A DNA stretch of 64,000 nt from Tubulanus polymorphus (Eukaryota; Animalia; Nemertea): NCBI RefSeq assembly GCF_964204645.1, contig NC_134030.1, positions 13,510,656-13,574,655 of the forward strand. Direction: 5' to 3'. Position 1 is the stretch's first letter, and every line of letters starts with the position of its first letter. The position numbers were made by a program, and so were the translations under genes. Below, in pieces: positions 10,664 to 24,479 of this stretch. Below the pieces are notes generated by a model that worked only from the letters and a program-made list of their open reading frames with translations, did not search any database and was not told the DNA's origin.

Positions 10664-11759
10664 TATTTTAGAAAAAAAGCAAAAAAAATAATTGAATATC
10701 TCACTACTTTTGTCTATCACTGTGTGGGTGCTGTTTATGGCACCATCTATGTGGAGCAATTAAATTGTCCAGATAAGTCATTTCGGATTCTAGATATTCA
10801 TTATTTTTATTAATTTATTTTGTTTTTATTTGAATATTGTATTACAGTCGTTTCTTATTATTAGTTTTTTCTTAAATTGAAAGATGGCAGTACTGGGTGT
10901 GATGCTAAAATGAATATTTGAATTTGAATTTGAATTTGTTAATCAATTAACATAGTAATTGATTACTAATTTGATTAAAAATTATATCATAATTAAGTTA
11001 AAAATCCATAATTCATTTATCAGTTTTCATTCTTATATTTTTTTCATTCGGAATAATTTATAATTTCAAATTTCACATATTTTTTTAGCACCAGCAACAT
11101 TTACTTAGGTGTTTTAGCTAAGTATATAAGGCAATTCATTCAACCACTGGAGTAGCTCTGGCCAGCAGAGGCATTTTGAAAATGCACCTTCGTCCACTCT
11201 CCGGGTTTCTCCTTCGGTTTCGAATTTCGAGGTTGGTAGAAATTACATTAGGCGCCTTTAATATAATGTGATTTCTACCAATCATTGAAGGAGATCCCGG
11301 TTGACGTGGGTCGCCGGGGGTGTAAGTAGAAATGACGGGGGATAAGCGTCCCGTGGCGCCTTTCAATAATGGGATGCTTATCCCCTGAAAACTCTGTAGG
11401 TCGAGGATAGGGCAATTTTGCTAAAACTTACCGTAAAAACATTGAAATATTCCTTTTAATCACGAGAGAATGATGACTATCCTTCTGTCGTCACGGCCGA
11501 GCTAATTTAAATAAACCTCGCTTTCAGCAACTAATGAAAACGCGGTAGTTCAATACCAGCTAACTGGCTTGTGTGTGTTGTATGTACTGCGTGCTTATTA
11601 TATAACAACAACGTTGTGCAACACCTGTTTGATTGATCAATATTCAAATGAAGCACTCTCTTATAATAACATGTAACAGATGTACTGTATGATTGTAGTT
11701 GTTTATAAAACGACTAAGGTCATTTTGGATTCTAGATATTCATTATTTTTATTTTTTAT

Positions 11760-12086
11760 TCAATCAACAATTTCTAAATCATGATGACCGTCTTCATTTT
11801 TCCCATGATATATTATTTTAAATCCTACTAAATCTTTCAATTCCTCCATACTCAATGAAACCCATTTATCGGGTAAAAACACTTTAAATTCTCGCGATGT
11901 ACTAACATTACAGTAGCTTAAATTAGCTGATACTTTCTCTCCATATTTAGTTTCTATCTTTTCTAATTTCAATATTTTATGTTCAATTTCTTTTGTAACA
12001 TCAACTAACTTTTTTATTTCAAATTGTTTTTTTGCTGGTTTTATTCTGTTATTTATTGTTGCTAAGAATGCTTTTCTATCTCCCAT
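11760..12086 (-). CDS. Small conserved protein, possible OB-fold ssDNA-binding protein
   Basis: TKYGEK, FLPD and YHGKNEDGHH shared with 32711-33037, 17181-17490 and 54526-54876; function is inference. Confidence 0.5.
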   Translation of the reverse strand: MGDRKAFLATINNRIKPAKKQFEIKKLVDVTKEIEHKILKLEKIETKYGEKVSANLSYCNVSTSREFKVFLPDKWVSLSMEELKDLVGFKIIYHGKNEDGHHDLEIVD

Positions 12087-12173
12087 TTATAAGGGAAAAA
12101 AATTTCTTGTGGTGACGAGTGGGGTGTCTCGCCCTCTCGCCCTCTGATCTGAAAGCCTACTTTTCTAATTACT

Positions 12174-13785
12174 CATGGTCACGTGCGCGACGACGCGGAG
12201 CTGTATGTTGTGTGTGGGGCGGCGATCTGCGTGGTTTCTGAAATACATTGTCTTGGGTATTTCTGGGCGGTTTTCCACTATTGTTCACAGCCGGATCCCT
12301 GGTTATAGGCGATGGAGAACGCGATCTATTATCAACATGGTTTGGGGTAGATTTATCTTGCATGTGTAGCTCAGTGTGGTGCTCGTCTCGTTTTGGTGAT
12401 GACGAATTACCTGATACCGGATCTGTGAACGATATGTTGTCGCCGGTTTGCGACAGCGTAATCATTTTGCAACTTTCATCGATAAATCGCTGAGTATTTA
12501 GAGTCTCTATTCGCTCATTCAGTTCGCGAACGGATTTGTAGGTCCGGGATTCACGTCGATCTATAATCTTTTGTGCCTTTTTTGTCCTGTCCATGAGAGC
12601 TTCAATGTTGTCACACGGCACGGTCAACATATCTACTCTTTGCAGGGTCTCGTCCATTTTTGATTTTAGGGAGTTGACATCTGATATTTTGGCACACTCG
12701 TTGACTTTCTGGTCAAGTCTCACTAATGTGGCCTGAATGTCTCCAAACAGTTTGACAATGTCCGTAACATCCATCATATTACCCGTTATGTTTGGATCGG
12801 TCTCAGCGCCGACCGATATTAGTTCTACGCTGGGTGAGGGACAGGTGGCTTGGCACACGGGCTCTGCCGAGCGTGTTTCGCATTGAGGTAGACTATCTCC
12901 TATAGTATCTGTTTGTGATCCTGTAGACTCCGAAACGGGTATTGACGATTTTGGAACACAAGGCGGACATATGTATAGTTCTTTGGTTGAGGAAGTGGCC
13001 TTGGCACGCTCCTTTTCGCCTAGGCCACAGCAATTGAAATGCGTCCAGCTACTACACAATGAACATCCGATCATCTCCTGTGTGTCGGGAGAATAACACA
13101 TCGTACATGAAGATTTTCTCTTGGGTGATAGAAGCAATTCTTTGCAACGTTTGTGTACACTGTCAACGACTCGCGGGAAGTATTCCGCCACCCATAACAG
13201 GTATGAGCTCCCCTGTACGTGGATCTTTGGCGATTTTTTCTGGGAGCCTTTGTATAACGTGATGTGTACCGAGCCGATCTGGTCACCTTTCGGGTCAATA
13301 TACGGTGTGGCGAAATGTAGTCCGTGGTTACCACGATCGGTTGGGTTACCGTGTGAAGCTCTCAGCGTTTCTAAGAAAGCTTGTACTTTGAGTTTATCTA
13401 GTATTATGACGACTGACTGAAACTGTTCATTGATTTGAATATTGTCTATTTCATTCTGATTTGTAACCGGGTTGCATTTAGTTGCGTTGCGTCTGTTGAG
13501 TGAGGTAGAGGGTTTCGAACCCTGAGTCAGTAGGTGGTCACGCAAACTCGTATACGCCGCGTTCAATTGTTGAAATTCTTCGGTCGCATTCGAATTAGAG
13601 TTCTTATCTGGGTGGAATTCCTTTGCCAATTGTATATATTTGATTCGCAGATCTTCAATCGATGGAATAATATCTAGTTGCATCGTTTTTGATAGGTTTT
13701 CTAGATCGATTTCACGACTTACATTTTCCATGGAGGGCGCCATCTTGGATTTTACATGTCGTATCTTTTTATTTATGCATTTCAC
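12174..13785 (-). CDS. DnaJ-domain + PHD-finger + coiled-coil protein, likely non-LTR retrotransposon ORF1; truncated by copy A
   Basis: LAKEFHPDKN..EEFQQLNAAY (J domain, HPD) and C4HC3 PHD CTMC..CSLC..H..C..CPPC. Intronless; the stop codon is supplied by the Polinton terminus. Confidence 0.7.
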
Positions 13786-15399
13786 TTTTATCGATAATTA
13801 GTAAAACTTTTGAAAATGAAATTATGCGCGGCTCATTAAGTGTCAGCCTAATAAATCCCAATTGACCTTTCAAATTCAAATTCAAGCAATTTTTCCTCCC
13901 TCCCTGAAATAATTCCTTTCTCAACATGTTCCTCAAGCAACATTTCCTCAAAGAAACCTGTAGAATGTCTAACATTTTCTCGACATGCCCTCTATTCTTG
14001 GATCCTTACTATGCCTTACAATAAATATTGTTTAGAAATATTTTCACCCTGTACTGAGAGTGGCAAGTTTGCAGGACTCTGTATAGGGATACAAATGGCT
14101 CAGTGAAATTCGTGTCAAATTGGGTCAAACACCCCACACAACACTGCAGTAACAGACAACACAGTTTACGATTACGATTACGATTACGATTTTATTTACA
14201 CTCCAACCATTTCCATGGTATATCGAGGAAAACTATTACACATGTATACATGTATACAAATATTTACAAAACAACACTGAAGTGATTAAAATTTAGAGAA
14301 CGTAACAAAATATATATACATCAACTATTTACAATACTATATATACTATTGGAGGGATCTATATACATCTAAGCCGGTCTTAATGAATTTAGCTAATTTG
14401 ACCGTTGGGTTTTTGGTTTACCTTTGTCAGCGATATGAAGTTGGCATTGAGCCAATTCATGTAAAATCGCGGTACGTTTTTTTATGTGAGCATTTGTTTC
14501 ATTGGTTCTCGGCTTAAACGACGTATAATCGATGCGATTGAAGACATGACGAACCTCTGTGGATGACATGGTCAACATTGTTAAAATTCTACGAAAAACA
14601 GTTTTTGGCGGGAAAATTCTTAGCTCTCGCGTATAAAATTGCATTGTTCTCGATGGGGGGGGGGGCGTTGTCTCTACGAGCGAATGTGATTGGCTGTTTT
14701 TGGGATATACGGGGAATTCCGGCGCTACTTAAATAATTATGGGAAAGCCATAGAATGGCGAACGTTTCATTGGACTAGGTGCCGTAAACGTGCGAATTTC
14801 AAACGCTCATTGCTGGTGAGAATGTAATTATTATCCGCCATAGGTATTGTTTCATTTTAAAGGCCGAGGAGTATGGATGCTAGTTAACCGGGTGGCAAAC
14901 ACTTGAGATCGGCCGTCCCACTTTTACAGTATCTTGTTCATAATGTCTAGAGTGAGCGAGGTTGGCTCACAACAGAAAAGCAGGTCACACACAGTTAAAT
15001 TTGACAAATTCATAAAAGTTTTCATATCGAGTTCTAAACAAATTTTAAATAATCTAGTCATAGTGGGAATGAAAATCTGATGCTAGCGATCTTTTTTTGT
15101 AGAGATAGGGCCAAGATTAAAGATTTTAGAGACATTTCAAATTTTTTGAAAATCATTAATTTTTATCCGATTTCGATGAAATTTGGACACAACATTGATG
15201 GTAGATAGCTAAACAAGTGTACGAAATTTCAGACTGATCCATTGACCATAGAAAAAGTTTTGATGTTGCCAAATGTTGGTACTATGAATGAGGCACGCTA
15301 TGTTTTGTTTATGTATACTGATGACTATAGGTATCAAATTACTGTTAATGTGCTCTATGAGCTACACTAATTCACTGGATAACTCCTCCCTACTTTTAA

Positions 15400-15812
15400 A
15401 CATAAAATAAGAATTTAACGCATATCAATATAAATATTCACTGTTTTAAATATGAATTATTTCATTCGTTAATTACTCGTTACTTTTTATATTGAAAATA
15501 AGAATTTAACGCATATAAATATAAATATTCAATGATTTAAATATGAATTATTTCAATCACACTTTACTAACACTTTTTATGTTTAAAAATCTAACTCATA
15601 CAAATATAAATATTGAAATATGTTTAAAATATATCTATATATCTATTCTATAAGAGCTCGTACTCTCGTACTCTGATCTGAAACCCCACTTTTCTAATTA
15701 CTTATATATGTTATTCATACATATTTTATTCATGTATATGAATATTTTAAGAGTAATAGGGATAATGGGCTTTCATATCAAAGGTTGAAATGGCTAGTGA
15801 GTAAAAAATAAA
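15400..15812 (+). repeat. Orphan Polinton terminal-region fragment
   Basis: 15548-15810 matches 31964-32215 in the same orientation and contains an A-type end motif at 15661-15702. Confidence 0.7.
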
Positions 15813-16349
15813 TTCAGGTGAAATTAGACCCTGGGTCCAAATAAAAGATTGTTATCTTACCTTTAAAAAACATTCCTCTGCACATGCCACGTTTCATGGC
15901 CGAACTTAACGAATAGATTTCACGCAAACTGGTAACGAAAAACGACAGTTCCCCGGGTCCTGTTTGAAGTACGAAACGACGAAAAATGGAACGAAATTAC
16001 GAAAAAAATGAAACGAAATGCAGAACGAAATTACAAAATGACAATTTTTCTACAACTAACGTGATGTACTACTTATGTGTAAGTCGTATTTTTACGAGTT
16101 ATTAATAAGGCATGGTTTTATACGAATTCCGCAAATAACCCGTGAAAATACGATATATACGACCCTCAGATTCCAGCATGGTTCATCATGTTCCCGATCG
16201 TAGCCTGAGCTTGCAGTGCAGATCCTATATTGCTGATATCTACCCTCAATCTATCAATTAAAGCTGCCACATGCACTACGTAGACAACGTCACAAGTAAG
16301 TTACATTTTAACTGTCTAAACACTTACAAAGACCATATCCCAAAATTTT

Positions 16350-16930
16350 TAGGCCAGCCGTAGGCTGAGCCTATTACTATACAAATGGAGCGAAATTAAA
16401 TAACATGGTTTCCAGAGCTAAGGCTCTTTGACTGTGCAACTGAGCATATATTCATACTGTTATTCATTAAAGCATTATCCATTCTCCAACCACAATGAAG
16501 CTGAACTTTGAAAAAGGGCCTTGTTGAAATTTTATATGAGCGTCTTCAAAAAAATCTGAACGCCAAAATATCTGTTTTAAAAAGCCAAACAGAAAGCAAA
16601 GACTCCTCTGTGATTGGCTTAGCCGCAGAGATCAGCAGGTGTTCACGTGTGAACCCGCGGTATAGTCTACCGTTTTACTTCCAGGTTTTATTCTAAGATC
16701 TAAAATCGTATTTTAAGATCGATTTCTGCGAAATCTTTAGTTGATTTGATTTTTGGAGGAATATTTTTATTTGCACTACAGAAAATATTGTCATTTATGC
16801 AAAGTCTGGGAATTAGCTTTTTCTCAAATCGGATGGATGACCTTGATATGCTTATTAGCCATGTGCTCAAACTACGAATTCAATCAAATTTTATTCTGCA
16901 AAAAATATCAAATCCAATTCAATTTTACTT
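16350..16930 (+). mobile_element. Truncated copy of Helentron-like family 1
   Basis: TTTTT|AGGCCAGCCGTAGGCTGAGCCTATTACTATACAAATGGAGCG identical to 26885; 16635-16920 matches 27890-28180. Confidence 0.7.
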
Positions 16931-17093
16931 TATTGCGCATATTAAACATAAATCATTCAATTTTGTTTCATCGAGCAAATTTCAGAAAAATCAATTCTAT
17001 TCCGCATTCAAATCGATAAGACCAAGGGAAAGATTAATCTGTGGTATTTGTTCCTGCCAGCTCCAGTCGCTGTTTGTGCTACTTATGAAAACA

Positions 17094-17101
17094 CGTGTGT
17101 G

Positions 17102-17133
<32 letters not shown>

Positions 17134-17180
17134 TGCGCGCGTGCGTGCGTGCGTGTATATATATATATATATATATATAT
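17094..17180. repeat. Compound microsatellite (TG)n(CGTG)n(TA)n
   Basis: Directly visible; marks the left breakpoint of copy B. Confidence 0.95.
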
Positions 17181-17507
17181 ACTTCAAATACTTCAAATGT
17201 CAAATTGTCAAATCAGTAGATTATGAATTTAAGAAGTTAAAAGAATTAATAATCCATAAGAAATATCTAATTACAAATATTGATAGAGTTACTAACAAAT
17301 ATGGAGATAAATTAGTTATACACTTAGAATATGAAGGATTAAAAGGAAATACTATAAATTCAGAACATATTTACCGGATAGATTTCATAGATTATCAAGT
17401 GAAGATCTAGAAGAATTATGTTCTGGTGATTTCTATTTCGTATACAAAGGTAAGAATGAAAAAGGGCATCATGAAATAGATTTCAAATAAGAAAATATGT
17501 AAAATAA

Positions 17508-18262
17508 ATGGCGGAATTAAAAGAATACAGAATATTTGTTGATTCAAGAAAACTTACTAATTATAAATCTCATAATTTACTAGTTCAATTAGATAGAGAA
17601 TTTAAGAATTGTGTAGATTTAAAATTAGTTAATATAAGTTCATGTAATTCTTTTTATAATATATCAGATAAAACTTTTGAACATAGAGGGTTTATGATTT
17701 ATATGAGAAATAAAGATAAATGGTTTCATATATTTTTAAAACCAGGATTATATAATTTAGAATCATTAGCGCAGGAAATTAATAGAAGAGCTCGGTTGAA
17801 AATCGGGGGCACTTCTGTATATGAAATTAAATTTAATAAAATTGATAGTACTAATAGAATAAGAATAAAGATATCTAATGAACAACATAAATTTATGGTA
17901 AACAAACCACTGGCTAAAATGTTAGGAATTAAACCTCTTACAGTTACTGGAAACGCAGAAGGCAGCTCAAATATAATACCTTTTACACACTTTTATATTT
18001 ATTGCAATTTAATCGATCCTACAAATCTTTCAGAGCAACTAAGGGAACAATTTGTAGTTTAAGTATACTAAATATTTTACCGCTAAAAAATGTTAAACAA
18101 TTTGGAACTCAAATAAATTATAATTTAACTGAATGTGATTTCAAACCTTGTATTCCACATTTCAATAATTTTAAATTAGAAATAAGAAATCAAAATGGTT
18201 ATTTAATTGATTTGAATAACTTTCCTGTGATATATGAATTAGTTATAAGATGTAAAGAGTAA
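17508..18262 (+). pseudogene. Minor capsid protein (frameshifted)
   Basis: ORFs 17508-18062 and 18002-18262 together match 1392-2147. Confidence 0.8.
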
Positions 18263-18278
18263 TTTTTTCACTATATAA

Positions 18279-21200
18279 ATGAATATAACTGTTGGGTCGA
18301 GTATATGTTTTGGGTTTGATTTTAAACATGAGAAAGAAATGAAATTTAACATTACTGATGTAATTACACATATCAAAAATATTACATTTTCTAATGAAAC
18401 AACATTTGAGTATGAAACAACAATAGATAAAGAAACTTTAAATGTAGAAAAGATTACTAATTTAATTAGAGAATCTTTAAGATTTTATGAATTAGATGAA
18501 GATTTTATCATCGATGATATTAAAAAAAATAATGATTGAAATATATACAAATGAAACTAGTAATGAAATAAATGTTGATTTAATCATCACTAAGATAACT
18601 AAATATTTTGATGATAGTAATTTTTTTGATAAATAAATGAGTGATAATAAGTGGATTACTATCAGTTGGAACTGTTGATTATTCAATGGTATTAAAAAAG
18701 TATTTAAAATGGGAAGTGTTAATGTTGATAGATTTGATATAAATGATATTTTAAAATTAACATTAGCAGTTACTTTATCTAATTTAACTATTGATTATTT
18801 GGAAAAACAAAAATATATTCCTCCCATATAAATGCATAATTTTTTTGCTAAATAAATGGCTTCTGCAATTATAACTTTTATAGGATCGGCAATTGTTAAC
18901 GCTTTAGCATTTACTGGTGGCGGTTATTTATTTAAGCATATTGATAAAAATAGTTCATTAGGAGAACAAAGAAGACATAACTTAGCATTAGAGAAATACA
19001 ATAAAGCAGCGGAAGAATATAGAGAAAAACGACAAAACTATATGGATTACATCATTAAAGAATTATATGATGAGAAGATTTCACATAGAGATTTTCAATC
19101 AGTTGATGATGCAATGAGTTTATATAACGCAGTAACAAATAAAGAAAAATTACATCTATACAAACCTAAATTATCAGATTATTATACCCCAAGTAATGAA
19201 CAACAGAAATATGAAATAATATGGATTTTAGGTGGAACTGTTATTGTTATATTTGTTGCTTATAAGTTTACTAATTAGTAATTTTTTTTCTAAATAAATG
19301 GAAGATAAAGTTGATAATATTGATATTATTCCTCATGATATAAATAAAACTAAATTAAAAACATATTTAGAAAAACAAATATTAGAATTTGAAAGTGACT
19401 TAAAGATAAAGAAGAAAAAATATTTAAAAAGTAAAATTATATATTATCTTATTATTAGTGGTTCGGTTACAATTAGTTCTGTAATAACATTTCTAGCAAT
19501 ATTCAGTCCATTAACACCTTTAGCTATATCAATTGGTGTATTAGGATTAAGTTCAAGTGTTTTAACTGGTATAAGTTCAAAATTAAATATAAAAAGTAAT
19601 AAAGAAAAAATTAAAACTAATATAAAAGAAATTAATAAATTGAAGAATACACTAGATTATATAATAAGTTTAAATGGTTATATAACAGTTGAAGAACAAG
19701 ATAAATTATTAAAAGAATTAATAAATTATTAATTTTTTAATTAAATAAATGGTAGATAGTTTTCCAAAAGCTTTCCAATATAATAAATCAATTAAATATA
19801 ATATTCCTGCAATAGATTTTAATAAAGATATTACATATAGAAATGAAGTTTTAGATTCATTAACTAATTTAGAAATTTATGTTACTGAAACTAATATTTC
19901 ATGTATATTTAATTAATTTTAAAAAATTGAAAGATGAAAAACAATGGTTATTAAAATCTAATATGAAGTATTGGCAGAACCAATTAAATTTTGCTGTTTA
20001 TTGCGCAACAACAGGATGCGGAATTAGTTGGAATGATCATTTGAATAATTCTAAATATAAATTAATTTAATAAAAGTTTATTTAGATTTCATACATACTT
20101 TCAAATCAGAATAATATTAAATGAATTAGAGTGCGCTTTACCAGGATCTAGGTATTTTAAAGAATTAGATAATAATATTAATTTATCAAAGTTTTATAAA
20201 ATTTGTAATAAATTTAATATCGATATAAATAATTCTGATTGTAGAACAAAAATTGGAACAATAAGATCACTTCCTTGCCCTAAAAAGATTGCAGAATATT
20301 GTGCACTTCCCATACCATCTAATAGTTTTTATAATATCTATAGTAATAAATTAGGTTATGGTAAAAATAGAAACTAAGGATTTAGAAACATTAAATTTCA
20401 ATAAATTACCGACATTTTATGATAATTTAAAACAAGATAACAATAATGGTTGGGTTTATTTCATTTTAGAAAATAATGAAGGTTTTACAAAATCAGGTAT
20501 ACATAGAATAAATCAATCTATTAGAACTTATTTGATATGTATTTTAGGTGCGCAAGTTGAAACAAGATCCCCAATAATTGGAAATTTAAATACATCATTT
20601 GATACACAGAAACAATTCAAAGTATTATTTGAAGATTCTATTCATAATGATAAAAATAGATTGATTCCAGAAAACATTGTAAAATATCAAAATTATTTAG
20701 ATAAATCACATATTAGATTAAATTATTGTATAGGCCCTAATCTATTAATTATTTCTAATGATTTAGTATTAAAGATGGGAAATATAATTGGTTATAATAA
20801 TCTAATTAAAACTGCAACAATAAATAATTCATTTGGATTGAATGATATAAATAAAAAGATAATTACTGCTCCAAAATTAATGGAAGGTGAAAAAAATTAA
20901 AAACATATTCATTCAACAGAAACTAAAACTAATAATATTAAATTAAATAATGATTCTAAAATAAAAGATTACAATACATCAGAAGATATAAAAACTGATA
21001 ATATTCAACATGAAATAATTAAACTAAATGATGATAATAAATCCCATGAAAATACTAAATTAGCTATAACTTGTATAGGAATTGTAATCGGAGGAATATT
21101 ATATTTTAAATTTTAATTTTATTAGTATGTAAATGGATGTAGAAGGTGGAGAAGATTATGAAATGGACAGCATAGGAAATAATAATGAAGGATATATTGA

Positions 21201-22555
21201 TGATGATTATAATGATGCAGAAACTAATATTGATAATGATGATGAATCAGCATATAATTCTAATTTAGCAGATTGTGGTTATAAAGGCCCATCAACAGAT
21301 GAATTTGATAGAAGAACTAGATCGAGAATAAATCCTGAAAATGAAAATCCAGATTTAGTAAAACAAAATTTAGAATATAATGAATATATTTATAATTTCA
21401 AACCTATATTTGAAAAAACTGGATATAATATAAATACCAGAGGCGCTAGACTTTTAGTACAAGAATTAAAGTTTTTAGATGGTGAATATTATCATCGTTT
21501 GAAAGATGATTATTATATTGATATCTCTTATAAAAAACAAGAAAAAATATTAGCAGAATCAACTTTGCTTAAGTTTGACTCATTACTATCTAGAATTAAG
21601 AGAATAAGAAATAGTAATGAAATAGAAGATGTAACACAAGAAGAAATAAATCAAAATAAAAGAGTATTTAAACAAAGAATTAATAAATTATTTGAAACAA
21701 TCGATAATAATTTAGAACCAGAAAGAAACTCTGAACAGAATATAAATTCCAAAACTAGTAAACTTAAATCAAATAAAGTTCCAATTGAAAAACTTTTACC
21801 AAATGGATTAATTGATGCAACAGATCAAGAATTAGAAGATTTAGATATATTTTCTGATAAAGCAATTAGAGAAATTATTAGTTTAAGACTTGCATCTGAT
21901 AAAATTGCACATGATAAAAGTATAAGAGATTTTAAAATTAGAACTTCAGAAAAAGAATTAACTGATAAAAATAAAGAAATAGAACAATTAAAGTCTGATC
22001 TTGTTCGTCAAGTAATTGATGAAATAGAGTATAGGCAAAAAGAATTATGATTAGAAAAAGAAATTAATAATTTAAAAGATAATTTAGAAGTACAGAAAGA
22101 AGAAATTAAATTATTATTAAAATCATATGATTTTAATAATAATAGATTAAAAGTTATTTTTAAAGATTTGTTGATGAAACCAAATTCTGAAATATAATTG
22201 AAAGATAGGATAAAATTATTATTTAAATTAGAAGGAATAACAATTCTTTCAATTCTAACAGCTGTAACTATGTTATTCACAACAATTGGTTTAGCAATAT
22301 CATAATAAACTGGATAAACCCCCGAATGATAATAATTCTATACAAGATAAAGTTAAAGATGGTTTAAAGAAATTAGCAAAATATTTATGGGAACTATCTA
22401 AAAAATCTGCTGCAGCATTACCAGGAATTATTGCATCAATTGTTGGTTTTATATTGAAATCTGCAGGAAACGTTATTAACTTTGCTGCTGAACATATTAT
22501 TTTATTTTTAATTACAGTTGTAAGTGCTATTATTCTTGGATTAGTAAACATGATA
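18279..22555 (+). pseudogene. Membrane/structural gene block of copy B (18856-19278 and 19298-19732 intact, others broken)
   Basis: Gene-by-gene homology to 2164-6417, with stops, frameshifts and small deletions. Confidence 0.8.
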
Positions 22556-22583
22556 AAAAATAATTAATTTTTTTGTTAAATAA

Positions 22584-23624
22584 ATGAGTGGGAGTTATAT
22601 CAATCCTTCTAAGAATCATAGAATATCTAATGCTATTAAAGCAGAAAGATCTCATCATATAATTACTCATAACCCTTCTAATATTAGTCCCGATGAAACT
22701 TTATATGTTAGAATTCCGAGATAAACACAAAATACTTTTTATGTTCTAAATAGTATTTATTTATCAGCCGATATAAAAGTAATCGGTAATAATAAAATTA
22801 TGTAGAAAATTGTAGATAAATCGATAAAAAGTATTTATGGAAGCAAATATAAAATTCCATTAGACTTTGAATTGATAAATAATAATGCGCCTTTATATAA
22901 ATACGCAATTCAAGAAGACGTTATATTCGAAATAACATTTGCTCCTGTTAATGAAATTGTAATATCTAGCGTTAATAAAGATATAAGTTATAAATTATCG
23001 AATATATGTTTAGAATATGATACAGTAACTGATGAAAATATTTCAAGTATAATTCAAACTAAATACAATCAAGGATTTTCATTATTATATGATTATATTG
23101 ATAAATTTAAAACCGTAAATATTAATGCAAATGATGAAATTATTAATGAGAATATTAACTTCCCAAGAAGATCTATTAAAGGTATATTAATATTTTTTAC
23201 CATTGCAACATATACTAATGGCGCAATAAATGTTGATAATTATTATAATCCTGAAATAACAAAAGTAGAAATAACTATCGAAGGAATAGCAAATAAAATA
23301 TTTTGTCAAGGAATGAGAATGATTGATCAATGGCCAGAAATTAGAAAACATTTTATGAATGAAAAAGTGAAATCATCTGAAAATTGTAATATTAATCAAA
23401 TTGATTATTATACCGGTAATAAATATGCATTACGGTTAGATTTTAGAACAACAGAGGATAATTCATTACATGGTTCTGGAAAAAAATTACAAAACACTAA
23501 AGATGGAATACAATTATTCATGACAAAGAATAAAGGAATCAAAAATTTTAAAATGCACATTTATATTATATCTGACGCGCAATTAAATATTGTAAATTCT
23601 CAATTAAATAGTGTTATGTATTAG
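22584..23624 (+). pseudogene. Major capsid protein (internal deletion, stops)
   Basis: Near-identical to 6459-7706 apart from a deletion near 22800. Confidence 0.8.
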
Positions 23625-23656
23625 AATTTTAACTTTAATAAAAATTTATATAATAA

Positions 23657-24479
23657 ATGGAAGGTGGTAAAGTATATAAACATATTCCATACATCGATAC
23701 ACATGAAAATAATGATGGTTTATATTATGTAATACCTTGTAATATAGCTTTGATATTTGATCCTATTTTCAAAATTTATAAAACTAAACTAATAGAAATC
23801 GATAATAATAAAAGTGGTGTTGTTGATAATTTAAGTAATGTAATTGATCATAATGTAATACCTTCTACATGTAATAATGTAATACCTACTACATCTAATA
23901 ATGTAATACCTTCTACATCTAATAATGAAATAATATTAAATGTTAGTGAAAATAGAAATTATTGTGGATATTGTAAAAGTGAATTTTCAAACGCTACATC
24001 AAATTGGAATAAACATATGAATACAAGGGTACATATAAATAATGTTATAGAACGTGTTGGTTTAAAAGAATTTATAGAACACCCATTTAGATATGTTACA
24101 AAGTTTGTTTCAAGTCAAAAAGTAAATGGTGAAAAAATATATGAAGATTTATTATTAGCAACACCTAATAAAGATGAATTAGATCTTACCGATGCTAATG
24201 AAATATTAGGATCAAACACTGTAAATGAAATATTAAGAGCTAATAAGAACACTAATAAAGAACACTAATAAAGATTCTATGAAACATAAAGTAGAAAATA
24301 ATGATAAATTTGATTGGATGAATAAGCATAACAATGAAACAACTATTGATGATGCGGTAAAAAAGGTGAAAAATAAGTATAAAAATAATAGAGAATTTGA
24401 AGAAGAAAATTCGGTAGAGAATTTGAATAAATTGTTAGGGTCTGATAGTGAATTGGAGAGTGATGATGAAAGTGATTAA
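23657..24479 (+). pseudogene. Zinc-finger protein with NNVIPSTS repeats
   Basis: CGYC..H..H finger and 24-bp repeats; homolog 47277-48172; absent from copy A. Confidence 0.6.

Larger units (their letters stand above)
1..12173 (+). mobile_element. Polinton/Maverick-like endogenous virus, copy A (left end outside window)
   Basis: Carries capsid, integrase and ATPase genes. Right terminus ...CTGATCTGAAAGCCTACTTTTCTAATTACT ends at 12173 and matches the reverse complement of the terminus at 32631. GC content changes abruptly at 12174. Confidence 0.9.

Noticed and set aside
14165-14200. (TTACGA)n short repeat next to a minus-strand AATAAA
   Set aside because: Could be a LINE 3' tail, but there is no supporting coding sequence; too weak to call.
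15548-15812. Possible left TIR of copy B
   Set aside because: Same orientation as the B right end rather than inverted, and no matching GCAGTC TSD.
16746-17410. ORFs with VCVC/ACVR/YIYI runs
   Set aside because: Translations through the microsatellite and TE remnants.
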